From Amoebophrya sp. A120 (Eukaryota; Protista; Dinoflagellata), in assembly GCA_905178155.1 (NCBI GenBank), contig CAJINV010000012.1:864004-928003 (forward strand): a stretch of 64,000 bases of DNA, written 5' to 3'. The position numbers and the translations under genes were made by a program. Positions 46,555 to 57,280 of this stretch are shown here, piece by piece; the stretch's first letter is position 1; every line of letters begins with the position of its first letter. The notes beneath the pieces are model-generated. The model did no database searches. It had not been told where the DNA came from and worked only from the letters and a program-made list of their open reading frames with translations.

Positions 46555-49500
46555 TCTATAGGAGGCCTCTACTAAAATAATTCTAAACGAATGTGCTTAG
46601 AAGGTCTCGTCTAGAAGCTTCGTGTAACAGATTCAACGCTTCCCCTGTATCTCTACGCCATACCGTCGCGCAGAATGTTACGCTGCACGCCCTGGCGAGC
46701 AGCAGAACAAAGCCGCGCATCAACTTCAGTGCGATTCTGATACAGAAAGCGTCGACAAGCTCGACTGCCCCTGTTTTCACGCCCGAAAACAGGGATCAAC
46801 TCCTCGGCCATCACTTTCCGGCATGGCAAAAGTGATGGCAAAAAGCTTCCTGGCCATCCCTTTGCCTTCGCTCGGGCAAAAGTGATGGCCGGGAGCTCCT
46901 TGGCCATCACTTTTTGCCCTTGCTTTTCGCTCGGGCAAAAGTGGTGGCCAGAAGCTCCTCGGCCATCACTTTTTACTCGGGCATGGGGCACGGGCTCCTT
47001 GGCCGTCACTTTCGTTCCGGCCGGGCCAAAGTGGTGGCCAAGAGCGCCTCCTGGGTGGGCCATCGTTTCCGGTCGCCGGGCAAAGCGATGGCCCAGGGGT
47101 CCTTGGCCATCACTTCGCGGACGGGCGGCGCAAAAGTGACGGCCGCGAGCCCCTTGACCATCATTTTTGGCCATCACTTTGCCGGTCGGGTCCAGCAAAA
47201 GTAATAGGCAGGCGCTCCTCCTGGGCCACCATTTTCCGGCCCGCCGGGCCAAAGCGATGGCCAAAAGCCTCCCCTGGGCCATCACTTCCCGATCGGGCAA
47301 ATGTGATGGCTGGCCAAGAGTTCCATGGCCATCAATTTTCGCTCGCTCAGGCAAAATTGGTGGCCAAGAAGAGCTCCTTGGATGGGCGCCGCTTTTGGAC
47401 ATCACTCTCCGGTCGGGCAAAAGTAACGGCAGGGAGACCCTTGGCCATCAATTTCCCTTCGGGCAACCAAAAGTGACGGCGCGGCCAGGAGCCCCTTGGC
47501 CGCCACTTTTCTTTCGGGCAAAAGTGAGGGCTGCGAGCTCCTTGGTTGCTTGGCCATCACCTTCCGGCCGGGCAAGAGTGAGGGCCAGGAGCCCCCTGGC
47601 CATCGCTTTCCGGTCGAGCAAACGTTACTTCCTGTCCCCCCCGGCAAAAATGGCGGCCAGGAGTTCCTTGGCCATCCATGACCTTCCGCCCGGGCGAGCA
47701 AGGTGATGGCCACCCAACAGCAGCTCCTCGGCCACTACTTTTGGCGGCCATCGCTTTGCTTCCGGTCGGGCAAAAGTGAGGGGCGAAAGCTCCTTGGCCA
47801 TCACTTTCCGATCGGGCAAAAGTGGTGGCCGAGAGCTGCTTGGCCATCACTTTTGGCCATCGCTTTTCGCCCGGGCAAAAGTGATGGACAAGAGCTCCCC
47901 GGCCATCATTTTCCGGCCGAGCAAAAGTTGTGGCCAAGAACTTCGCAGCGATCACGTTTGGCCACCACTTTCCGGGCGGGCAAAAGCGATGGTCAGAAGC
48001 TCCTAGCCCAGCCGGGCGGGGCAAAAGTGACGGCGAAGGGCTCCTTGGCCATCACCTCCGGTCGAGCAAAGTTGAAACTAACTTTTGGCCATCACTTTCC
48101 GGCCGCCCGGGCAAAAGTGGTGGCCAAGAGCTTGGCCCCCACTTTCCGGTGGGCCCGCCGAGCAAAACAAAGTGGAGGCCAAGAGCACTTTCGGGACCGA
48201 CGGACAAAAGTGATGGCCCGGGGCTCCTTGGCAATAACTTTTGGCCATCGCTTTCCGGCCGGGGCGGGCAAAAATGGTGGCCAAGAACTCCGCGGCGATC
48301 ATTTTTTGCCACCAGTTTCCGGGCGGCCAAAAGTGATGGCCAAAAGCTCCGCACCTTGCCCGGCCGGGCTGGGCTGGCAAAAGTGACGGGCGGCGACGGG
48401 CTCCTTGGCCACCACCTCCGGTCGGGCAAAAGTGAAACTTTTGGCCATCACTTTCCGGCCGGGCAAAAGTGGTGGCCAGGAGTCGGGCGAAAATGATGGC
48501 CAGGAGCTGCTGGGGCATGCATCGCTTTCCGCTCGGGCAAAAGTGGCCACTTTTCGCTCGGGCCAAAGTAATGGCCAAGACCTCCCTGGCCACCGATCAC
48601 TTTTGGCTGGCAATCGCTTTCCTGTCGGGCAAAAGGGATGGCCAAGAGCTCCCTGGCCACCCATCGCTTTCCGGCCTGGCAAAAGTGATGGCGAAGAACT
48701 CCTCGGGCGTCGCCTTTCGGCCGGGCACACATGATGGCCAAGAGCTCCCTGGCCGTCAAAGTGGCCATCGATCGCCTCTCGGCCGGGCAAAGGTGATGGC
48801 TGGCCAAGAGCCTCGCGGCCATCGCTTTTGTTTCGCTCGAGCGAAAGCGATTGTGGCTATCGCTTTCCGGTCGGGCAAGGGTGGTGGCCAAGAACTCCGC
48901 GGCCACCACTTTTTGCCATCGCTTTCCGGTCGGGCAAAAGTGATGGCCAGAAGCTCCCTGGCCATCACTTTTCGGCCGGGCAAAGAAAAACAATGGCGAC
49001 AACTCCTTGGCCATCGCTTTAACTTTTGCCCATCACTTTCCGGATGGGCAAAAGTGGTGGCCAAGGGCTCTTTCCTTGGCCATTACTTTTGCCCAGCGCT
49101 TCCTTTCCTGTCGGGCAAAAGTGTTGGCCAGTAGTTCCGCTGCCACCGCTTTTCGCCCGGGCATGCGAAAGTCCTCGGCCATCACTTCCGGCCATCGCTT
49201 TCCGGTCGGGCAAAAATGATGACCATGAGCTCCCTGCTCATCCATTTCCGGTCGGGCAAAAATGATGGCCGAGAGCTCCGTGGCCAGCCATCGACTTTCG
49301 CTCGTTGGCCATCGCTTTCGTTCCGGGCGGGCAAAAGTGGTGGCCAAGAGCTCCCTGCGCGGGCCATCGCTTTTGGCCATCGCCTTCCGGCACGGTCGGG
49401 CGAAAGTGATGGCCAAGAGCTCCCTGGCCGTCATTTTCGGCCATCACTCAGCCACTTTCTTTCTTCCCGCGCGGGCAAAAGTGTTGGCCAAGAGCTCCGC

Positions 49501-50100
49501 GGCCACCACTTTCGGGTCGGGTCGCGCAAAAGTATTTGCCAAGTGCTCCATGGCCATCACTTTTGCTCATCACTTTCCGGTCGGGCAACCGAGCAAGAGT
49601 GATGGCCAAGAGCTTCCAGGCAGTCACCTTTTGCCACCTCTTTCGTTCCGGCCGGGCACGCTTTTGCCTCTCGGCTTCTGGTGCATGGCATGGGCGGGGG
49701 GGCGCGAGGCAAAACCGCGCGAACAAGCCCCCGGAAGCGTGAGTCTCATCCCCATCCAGGGGCGGGGGCTTTCTTTGCGCCGGCCGCCGAAGCCGCCCCA
49801 GAATAAGCTTCGCAACCGGCCCCCTTCGCTTTGCTTGCCGCGTGCGGCTAAAGGGCTGACGGCGGGCCGGCGTCCTGGACGCCGGACCGCAAAAGGCGTT
49901 AAAGCGGCGAGGCCGCTAGGGCAAGCGCAGGCGCGGCAACGATCTTCCTCGGGACAGGCAGCGCTATATATACTTTTCAACCTTCTAGCCGCATTCTACT
50001 CGACCCCACGCCAAACCTTCTAAACACATAACCACCTTTAGAATTATTTTTAAATCTACTAGCCCAGCGGGCGTCCTGGACGCCCGCGTCAAGAGGCTAG
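46555..50100 (+). mobile_element. Non-autonomous Helitron-like element
   Basis: A|TC at 46555; 9-bp hairpin GCGGGCGTC-CTG-GACGCCCGC (50067-50087), 9 nt, then CTAG|T at 50097-50101; imperfect subterminal inverted repeats about 46573-46605 / 50015-50052. The 5' end is less certain. Confidence 0.65.
46790..49670. repeat. Degenerate minisatellite with a self-complementary unit of about 45-50 bp
   Basis: Consensus about GGGCAAAAGTGATGGCCAAGAGCTCCTTGGCCATCACTTT(T)CCGGTC, dozens of copies. Confidence 0.9.
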
Positions 50101-53011
50101 TATTAGTACTAAGTTCTTTGTGTTGTAGAAGATCACAAGCTATTCTGATATCAGCAAAACAGCTTCAAATTTCACTTTCTTCTTCTATCGTATCAAATAA
50201 TAGGAAAAGCTAAGTTTTTTTTCTTGCACACAATGCATGCTCGGCCTGATACTGAATTTTTACCAAACACTGCAACAGAAACAATGAGGGACGATAATTG
50301 CTCGCATGTTTACGTGCCATATGGACCAGTGTGAGTAGGTCTTCAGACCAACGACCTGATCAGCTTGTGGTCGCTATTCATTATTTCCCTCAGGTGCTGA
50401 TGTGATTTCCAAGTAACGACCTCCACTGGGGAAAACCTCCTCTCATCTCTGTCGACTGTGCCATCCCTGCTGATCCGAAAGAGCAAGAACCTCCTGCACG
50501 CGTCGATACAACTCATTCTGTGGATATGACATCAAACCTCAGCTAGCACTACGAACTCCTGAGCGAGATCGACTTGAAGGCAGACGGTGCGATGATCGAA
50601 CTTTTTATCCTTCCATGCAAGCACCACCTCCGTCTCCGATATCGGATCTTAATTTTTCTGACACCGACGAGGTACTACTAGAGCATTCCCTAGACAACAA
50701 CGAACTTCTCTCCATAGCACGACAAGACGCAAGACCAAGACAAATGGCAGTGCTTGTCGTGTGACACGTCACATCCGCAAGGAACGATCCCAATCAAAAA
50801 TTTCCCTCCCGGAACACTGCTGTCCGTCGACGTGCGGGGGGGTGTCCGCCCGGGAAGCACAGAGCATTGTCGATTTTGCCGCACCAGACGAGAACGAAAC
50901 ATCTCAGTTTGCGTCTGTGAAGTTGAAGTTCTCTTGAATTGTAAAATTTATCCTCGCAGCCAAGATGTCTCGTTGGAAAAACATCAGGACCTAAAGGTGT
51001 ATCAAGCTCTCGAATTTTGACGGATTGTAGAAGTAGACAGAACGACAAGAATCTCCACGGTGCCCATTGAAATTTCCGCCTGTTTCTTGACTCCGTTATC
51101 CAAATCCCGCTGGAAAATCGGATTAGGGTAATTCGTACTTCTGCAGTTGAACTGCTAAACATTAACATTCCTGAAGTGTAGTGAGCAGAGAGGAAAAACA
51201 TCAGAGGGTAGAAAATCATAAAGGGAAAAAGCTCCGAAACAATGTGCGTTTTAAGTTTGTCATTAGGTTTTTGCTAAATATCGAAAGAAACAACTTTTCA
51301 TTACTGACTCCATATTTAGTGTGCTGTATTCTACTGAAATTGCGAAAGCGAAACTGTGGCTTTGGTATAATTCCGGTGCTTGGGTTGGTACATAATATAT
51401 TGAGGTGCGAATTTCAAGCTGCAAGTATCCATTCTAGTAACCATATTCAACAGCTGTGCTTAATACTAATTCTAGTTCCAGCAAATCAGCTCAGGAAAGC
51501 TGCGAAGGAGTTCAGATTTTTATCCTCCGACAAAACTGCTACTGCAACATTTAGAAATGATGCCCTAGTAGGTATCCGGCGTTTTCAGATCCGAAGCCGG
51601 GGCCAGGATATTCTCCATGGTCTTGCGCTTGGATTCCTGCTCTTTCGCAAAAACTTCCGCAGATTGGAGGTTACCTGATAATCATTTTCTTGCGCAGTCG
51701 GCATTACCAACTCGGCTGCTCATGTACTTTCACGCATCACAAAAATTTTCTGGTATTCTATTGACGTAATTACAACGTTATGCATGACTACAAAAATTCA
51801 CCGTATACCTATCTTGTAGGTGGTTCCGATGACATTTGCGGATTCCTTACGCGGGACCCACCCAGAGTACCCCGGAATGGAGGCAACCGGCTTCGGCGGG
51901 ATGTCCAGCACACCCAGGCGCTTGCGCTCCTGTTTCAGGTTTGGTAAATTTCATTTTCATATTCTTGTCATGCACATCCGCGCATTAGAAACTCGTTTTC
52001 TCATGCGAAATAAAACGCAAAACATTATTGACATACCTCGCCCATTTTCATGCTGGTTGCGTAGTGGTATTCTGCCAAGCGCATTTCTCTGTTTGCCGCC
52101 GCGGAGTACTCGTTCTCCTTTTCCTCTCCTGCGATTCTCTGCAGATCCGCCTCCGTTTGCTGCTTCAAAACGAGCGTGCCCTGTTTCGAAGAAGAGTTTT
52201 TGATTGATGTTTTGCTGCGAAAGATCAGAAATATTAACTACGCTTTCTTTCACTTTCTCATGCGGCGCTGATGTGCACCAGAAAAGAAGTACTATACCGC
52301 CAATCCCGCGTTAAAACGCGCGGTACCACCATCTGGCTTTGCGGGCTTGAAAAGCCGTCCGGAAGACTGACTCAAAAAAGTCAGACTCTGCTGGGACATC
52401 TTTTGATCTTATTTCCGACCGACGAGAGTGTTCTCCTTCGACTCTCGGGTTGAGCTAGTTGCTATCGAAAAAAGCGGGCAAGAAGGTTGTGACGTTTCGG
52501 TACAGAGGATTCAACAGGTTTCAATAAACATGCGCTTCGATATTGATATGAAGGGTACTGCATGGTAAGATGGGGAAATGTGAAGAAATCGACGTGTCAG
52601 TTGTGGTGTTCAAGCCCGACATGACGTCGAAGCGAAGTGCGGTGGATAACAGCTACAATGCTCTCGTTGCTCGAAATCAAAAAGATTTCATCAATCTCTC
52701 TATGTTCCTCTCGTTTCGACTCTCTCAAGTTCTGCATGTTCTATGCTTTTTCGCATCCCCTGATGACGTAGTGCTGATTGTACTTCTGCTATGTTTTGGT
52801 CTCGTTCTAAGGGTGAATCAATTCGATCTCTCTACTGACACGAAGTGTTCGAAAGAACATACTCTTTCATTCAGTTGACTTTTGATTCGTTGTATGCAAG
52901 GAGCTGCATGCATCGTCGCCGCGACGATCGACTAAATACAAGGGTGTAATCCCAGCAAGACGTGTAGGCTCTTTTTTCTCATAGGATGCATCGTGGTCTT
53001 CCAAACGACCA

Positions 53012-54911
53012 CTATCCAGCACCCAGTAAGATACTTGCAGCTAAATCCGCGTTCCCCTTGGCCTGCTTCAACGCACCAGCACACTGTGCCTTGGGAAACC
53101 CGAGGTTCATGAGGTCCTTGATTTTCTCGTCGTCGGTCTTTTGTGCTGGCTGCGCGGCGGGTGAAGGCTCTTGCTGATCGTCGGCGCTGAGCACCTAAGG
53201 TGGGATTTTCCATAGGCTGTTCAAGTTCAACAATCTTGATCTTCGCCTCCCCGCATGACAAATACAAATTTCTCATGCAGTGAAAATATCTAGTAGAACA
53301 TTATACCGCTTCCATCGCGTCCTGCAAGTTACTGTTCCCCGTTGCCTATGCACTGCAAAAGTATCGCACTCGTACTGATTGCAGTCATGCATCACAAATC
53401 TCCTAGCTTAGGTAAAGCAGCATCACAAATTTCGCTTTTCTTCTTGCCAAAGTAAAAGTTTCAGTTTGTGATGCAATTTATACTAACTGTAACTAGTACG
53501 ATACTTTTGCAATGCATATTGCTATACAAGCCTTTTTTGCTGCGTCCTCGGAGAATCCCATCGCGACCAGCTGCGACACCATCGCAGGGTCGGCAGTTGT
53601 TGGTCTTTTACTCACTGGTGCATTATTCGCCGTTGTTGCCGAGGTCCGATTTGTGTTCTGTGATGCTGTCAGACCAGCTGCAGTTGCTGGCGGTGGTGCT
53701 GGACCACCTGCTGATGCTGACTTTGCGCCGGAAGCAGATGCTCTGCTCGCAGTTGACGCGCCTATTGTGGAAGCAGCTGGCGCTGGTGACTGTGATGCTG
53801 GAATGGTGGCATTCTTGCCTTCCGAGGTGGAAGAGCTGCTCAGTCGGCCAGAAGACGTGACGTTATTACTTGCGGGTGGCGGTTTTTTCACCTGGTGTTG
53901 AGTGTTGTCATGCCCATTCAGGCATCAGCAGCGGGATGCGTTATGCATGGAACCGATAGTACGATATTGAAGAGAATAGAATGATCTGTGGACTAAAGTG
54001 AGTCATCTACAGCTCTTTCTATTTGTACGTCATCCGCCAGCACTGCCCCCTCTTCCTCTATTCCCTGGTCCCCTTCGGTAAGTGGCGTCAACAACGGCAT
54101 GTCTCGCTCCGTCGCGAGATGTACCTCGTCGCTGTCGCCCGGATCTCTGGCGAAGGGTTGCGTACCTGCCATGTCGTGCAGATCCACTATGGAGTTCTCA
54201 AACGTTACATTCTCAACTGTTACATGAATTTGTGATGCAACAATTGGAAAAGTGGAAGGGGAAAGGTTGCACCTGTAGCATTACAAATTCCGCACAGACT
54301 TAGGTGCGGTTTAGGCCTTCCCAAATTTGTCATGCGGAGCAGCTTCATCATCATCATGTAGTGGACACCCGCACCCAGCGCCACAGGTCAAGGATCCCCT
54401 CCCCGGGGGGTGGGCGAGGAAGCACTTTCGGCGACCTCATCATACAAAAGCCGAGCGCTACCACGGCAAGTCGCCCCAATAAAAGTGCCAACCAGTCGGG
54501 AGCTACCCACCACACCTGATCAGTACAGCCCGGCCAGCTAGCCGAGCGCGACAGCCCAACATACAGAACGATCCAGGACCCGACCCATTTTACGCCATAC
54601 GTTTTTGCTCTCACGGAAGAGACGACGTACCCCTTTGGGCTAAGGGGCGAGACTCTCCCTTAAGCCGCAACCCCACCCGGACAGGGGAGGCTGGACCATT
54701 TGTGCCTTACCTGCGGCACGGACGAAAAAGGCAAGTGCGCGGACCACAGATGTCAAACCATTGGAGCAGCTTGATCGTGAGGATTGTGATGGTGCTTTTG
54801 CATGACAAATCATGTAACAGTTGAGAATGTAACAGTTGAGAGCCCCATATCGACCATCAAGCGGTTGCACTGGTCCACACACGTGGTCTGCATCTGCAGC
54901 TGGTTGCCCAT
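53012..54911 (-). CDS. Protein with two UBA domains and a possible N-myristoylation start (MGNQ)
   Basis: DPAMVSQLVAMGFSEDAAKKAC and DEKIKDLMNLGFPKAQCAGAL...AASILL. Two introners; GT-AG introns 53195-53306 and probably 53892-54028. Confidence 0.72.
53347..53518. mobile_element. TIR introner, family F
   Basis: DR TTGCC/TTGCT. Confidence 0.88.
54188..54849. mobile_element. TIR introner, family E, with nested retroposon-like insert
   Basis: DR TCCAC/TCGAC. Confidence 0.85.
54346..54762 (-). mobile_element. Retroposon-like insertion (SINE or LINE 3' end) nested in an introner
   Basis: 10-bp duplication GGAGCAGCTT at 54336-54345 and 54763-54772; (ATG)4 tail on the minus strand. Confidence 0.7.
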
Positions 54912-55177
54912 TTTAAATGGATTTATTTTGCACGGGTGCAAACTGAGTCACGGAGTAGTACAAGTAGTCACCCACTAGTTCCCGCTGATGAGACTGATGC
55001 TTGTGCTTCCACAACTAAAACGATGCCTTCCAGTTGCCCGACCGGAGTGCGCTTCTCAACAGTCTTTGGCTTTCTACCCCGCAGCGCCACACTCATTTGC
55101 AACAAGGGCTGAGCCAATCCTACTCTAACTTCGTCCAGGTTCCTCTTCCTTGCGCCGAAGTAGATATGGATGTGTTG

Positions 55178-57280
55178 CCTTCAAATTATCTACCTCGCGT
55201 TTGGATGTGTGTCCCCTCTTTCTCTCAGCAAACCTCTCTCCTGCAGTCGTTTTTGAACAAAAGGCTCGGAGAGACATCAATAGACAGAGGTGTCAGCCAG
55301 GCCGTGTTGCAAACCGGCACTTCCACTTTCCGTGGTCCTCATTCACACTGATGGTGATGGTCCCTCTAACTTTGAAAAACAAAAACTGATTTTTTTCAAT
55401 AACGATAATTGGAAGAACGAACTCAAATGTTCTACGTGCTTTTACCTTCGTCGTCAGTCTAGTTCTGCTACGGGCTCCTGCAAAAAAGAAAGAACGTCCG
55501 GTCTCTTCGTGCACTGCACGACAAACTGGCCTCAGAAACTACAGCGGAAGTAGTACTTAGAACAACTACTTCCTGCGTTTCAGGCCGCCGCGGTCCCAGG
55601 AATTTCTCGATCTTAGTGGAGCATAATTCATCTGAAGACACCGCATATGAAGAATGAACGTAAGTGCGACCGCCGAGCAAGCTGCACTTCTGGCGCTGTC
55701 CGCGAAGGAGAATAAGACCTCCAGGACGAACAACAGCTCGTCTCGCCAGACAAACAAAAACTTGTGAAGAAAAGAACTAAATCAACATATATTTTTGCGT
55801 ACTAGACAGGAAAGTGAGGAAGTCTCAAAGTCAGCTACACCACGACTACACCAGCTCATTTCCATCCACATGACTTCCTCATGCTCGCTCCTGCCCTTCA
55901 TCCCGCCCGGTACTGTAGCTCTGGCGGTCGCTGTTCTGCGCCCATTACATTTACACGACCACCTCCGAACCCGGATGCAGTAGTTCCCGCACCTGCTGTG
56001 CCCCCGTTTTGCGGCGTGCAATTGTTCGAGGCCACGCTGTTTGGGACGGAGGAAGAAACCTGCAGCTCAAAGGTCACTTCGTCCTTCTTCCTCTTCCTTG
56101 CCTTCAAATCATTTCCCTCGCGTTTGGAAGTATTTCGTCCCCTTATTCTCTCAGCAAACATCAACTCTCCTGCTGCAGCGGTTTTTGAACAAAAGGCTCG
56201 GAGAGACATCAATAGACAGAAGTGTCAGCCAGGCCGTGTTGCAAACCGGCACTTCCACTTTCCGTGGTCCTCATTCACACTGATGGTGATGGTCCCTCTA
56301 ACTTTGAAAAACAAAAACTGATTTTTTTCAATAACGATAATTGGAAGAACGAACTCAAATGTCCTACGTGCTTTTAGTACCTTGTCGTCAGTCTAGTACT
56401 AGTTCTGCTACGGGCTCCTGCAAAAAAGAAAGAACGTCCGGTCTCTTCGTGCACTGCACGACAAACTGGCCTCTGAAACTACAGCGGAAGCACTTAGAGT
56501 TAGAACAGAAACTACTCCCTGCGTTTCAGACCCTCGCGGTCCCACGAATTTCTCCATCTTAGTGGAGCATAATTCTGAAGACACCGCATATGAAGAATGA
56601 AGGCAACAAGTTCTACCGCCGAGCAAGCTGCAGCTCTGTCTGCGAAGGAGAATAAGACCTGCACGAACAACAGCTCGTCTCGCCAGACAAACAAAAACTT
56701 GTGAAGAAAAGAACTAAATCAACATATATTTTTGCGTACTAGACAGGAAAGTGAGGAAGTCTCAATAAAGTTATCTAAACCACGACTACAGCCTATTTCC
56801 ATGCTGCAGATGATTTCGTCATGCTCGCTCCTGCCCTTCATCCCGCCCGATACTGTAGTTCCGGCGGTCGCTGTTCCGCGCCCATTACATATACACGACC
56901 ACCTCCGAACCCCGCTGCAGTAGTTCCTGCACCTGTTGTGCCCCCGTTTATCAAATGTAAAAATGTCTGGGTCTGGAAGAATGCAACCTGTGATGCTGCA
57001 TTTGGATTCCAGAAAAATCTGTATTGCATGAGTACCAAAAGGAATGTAATCTTTGCTACGCGGAGACGGCATCTGTCATGCGGAATAGGCATCAAGAAGC
57101 TCTCAAAAAATCTGTGATGCTAGGGCATGCATCACAGACATCAGGGCTCACGCAAAACGTGCATGACAAGTGTCACTATCTTCCAGACCCAGACACTTTT
57201 ACAGTTGATACCGTTTTGCGGCGTGCAATTGTTCGAAGCCACGCTGTTCGGCACGGAGGACGAAACTTGTAGCTCAAAAG
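55178..57280. repeat. Tandem duplication of about 0.9 kb (about 55178-56075 vs 56102-57280) covering the 3' end and downstream flank of the 56838-61025 gene
   Basis: Long near-identical stretches, e.g. GTTTTTGAACAAAAGGCTCGGAGAGACATCAATAGACAGA in both copies; the second copy carries introner 56949-57210. Confidence 0.9.

Noticed and set aside
46653-50023. Long overlapping ORFs in all six frames
   Set aside because: Artefact of a GC-rich, stop-poor palindromic satellite; no Rep/helicase or transposase motifs.
54415-54490. Hammerhead ribozyme (minus strand ATGATGAGGTCGCCGAAAG)
   Set aside because: The core is AUGAUGA rather than CUGANGA, and these bases are better explained by a simple long hairpin.
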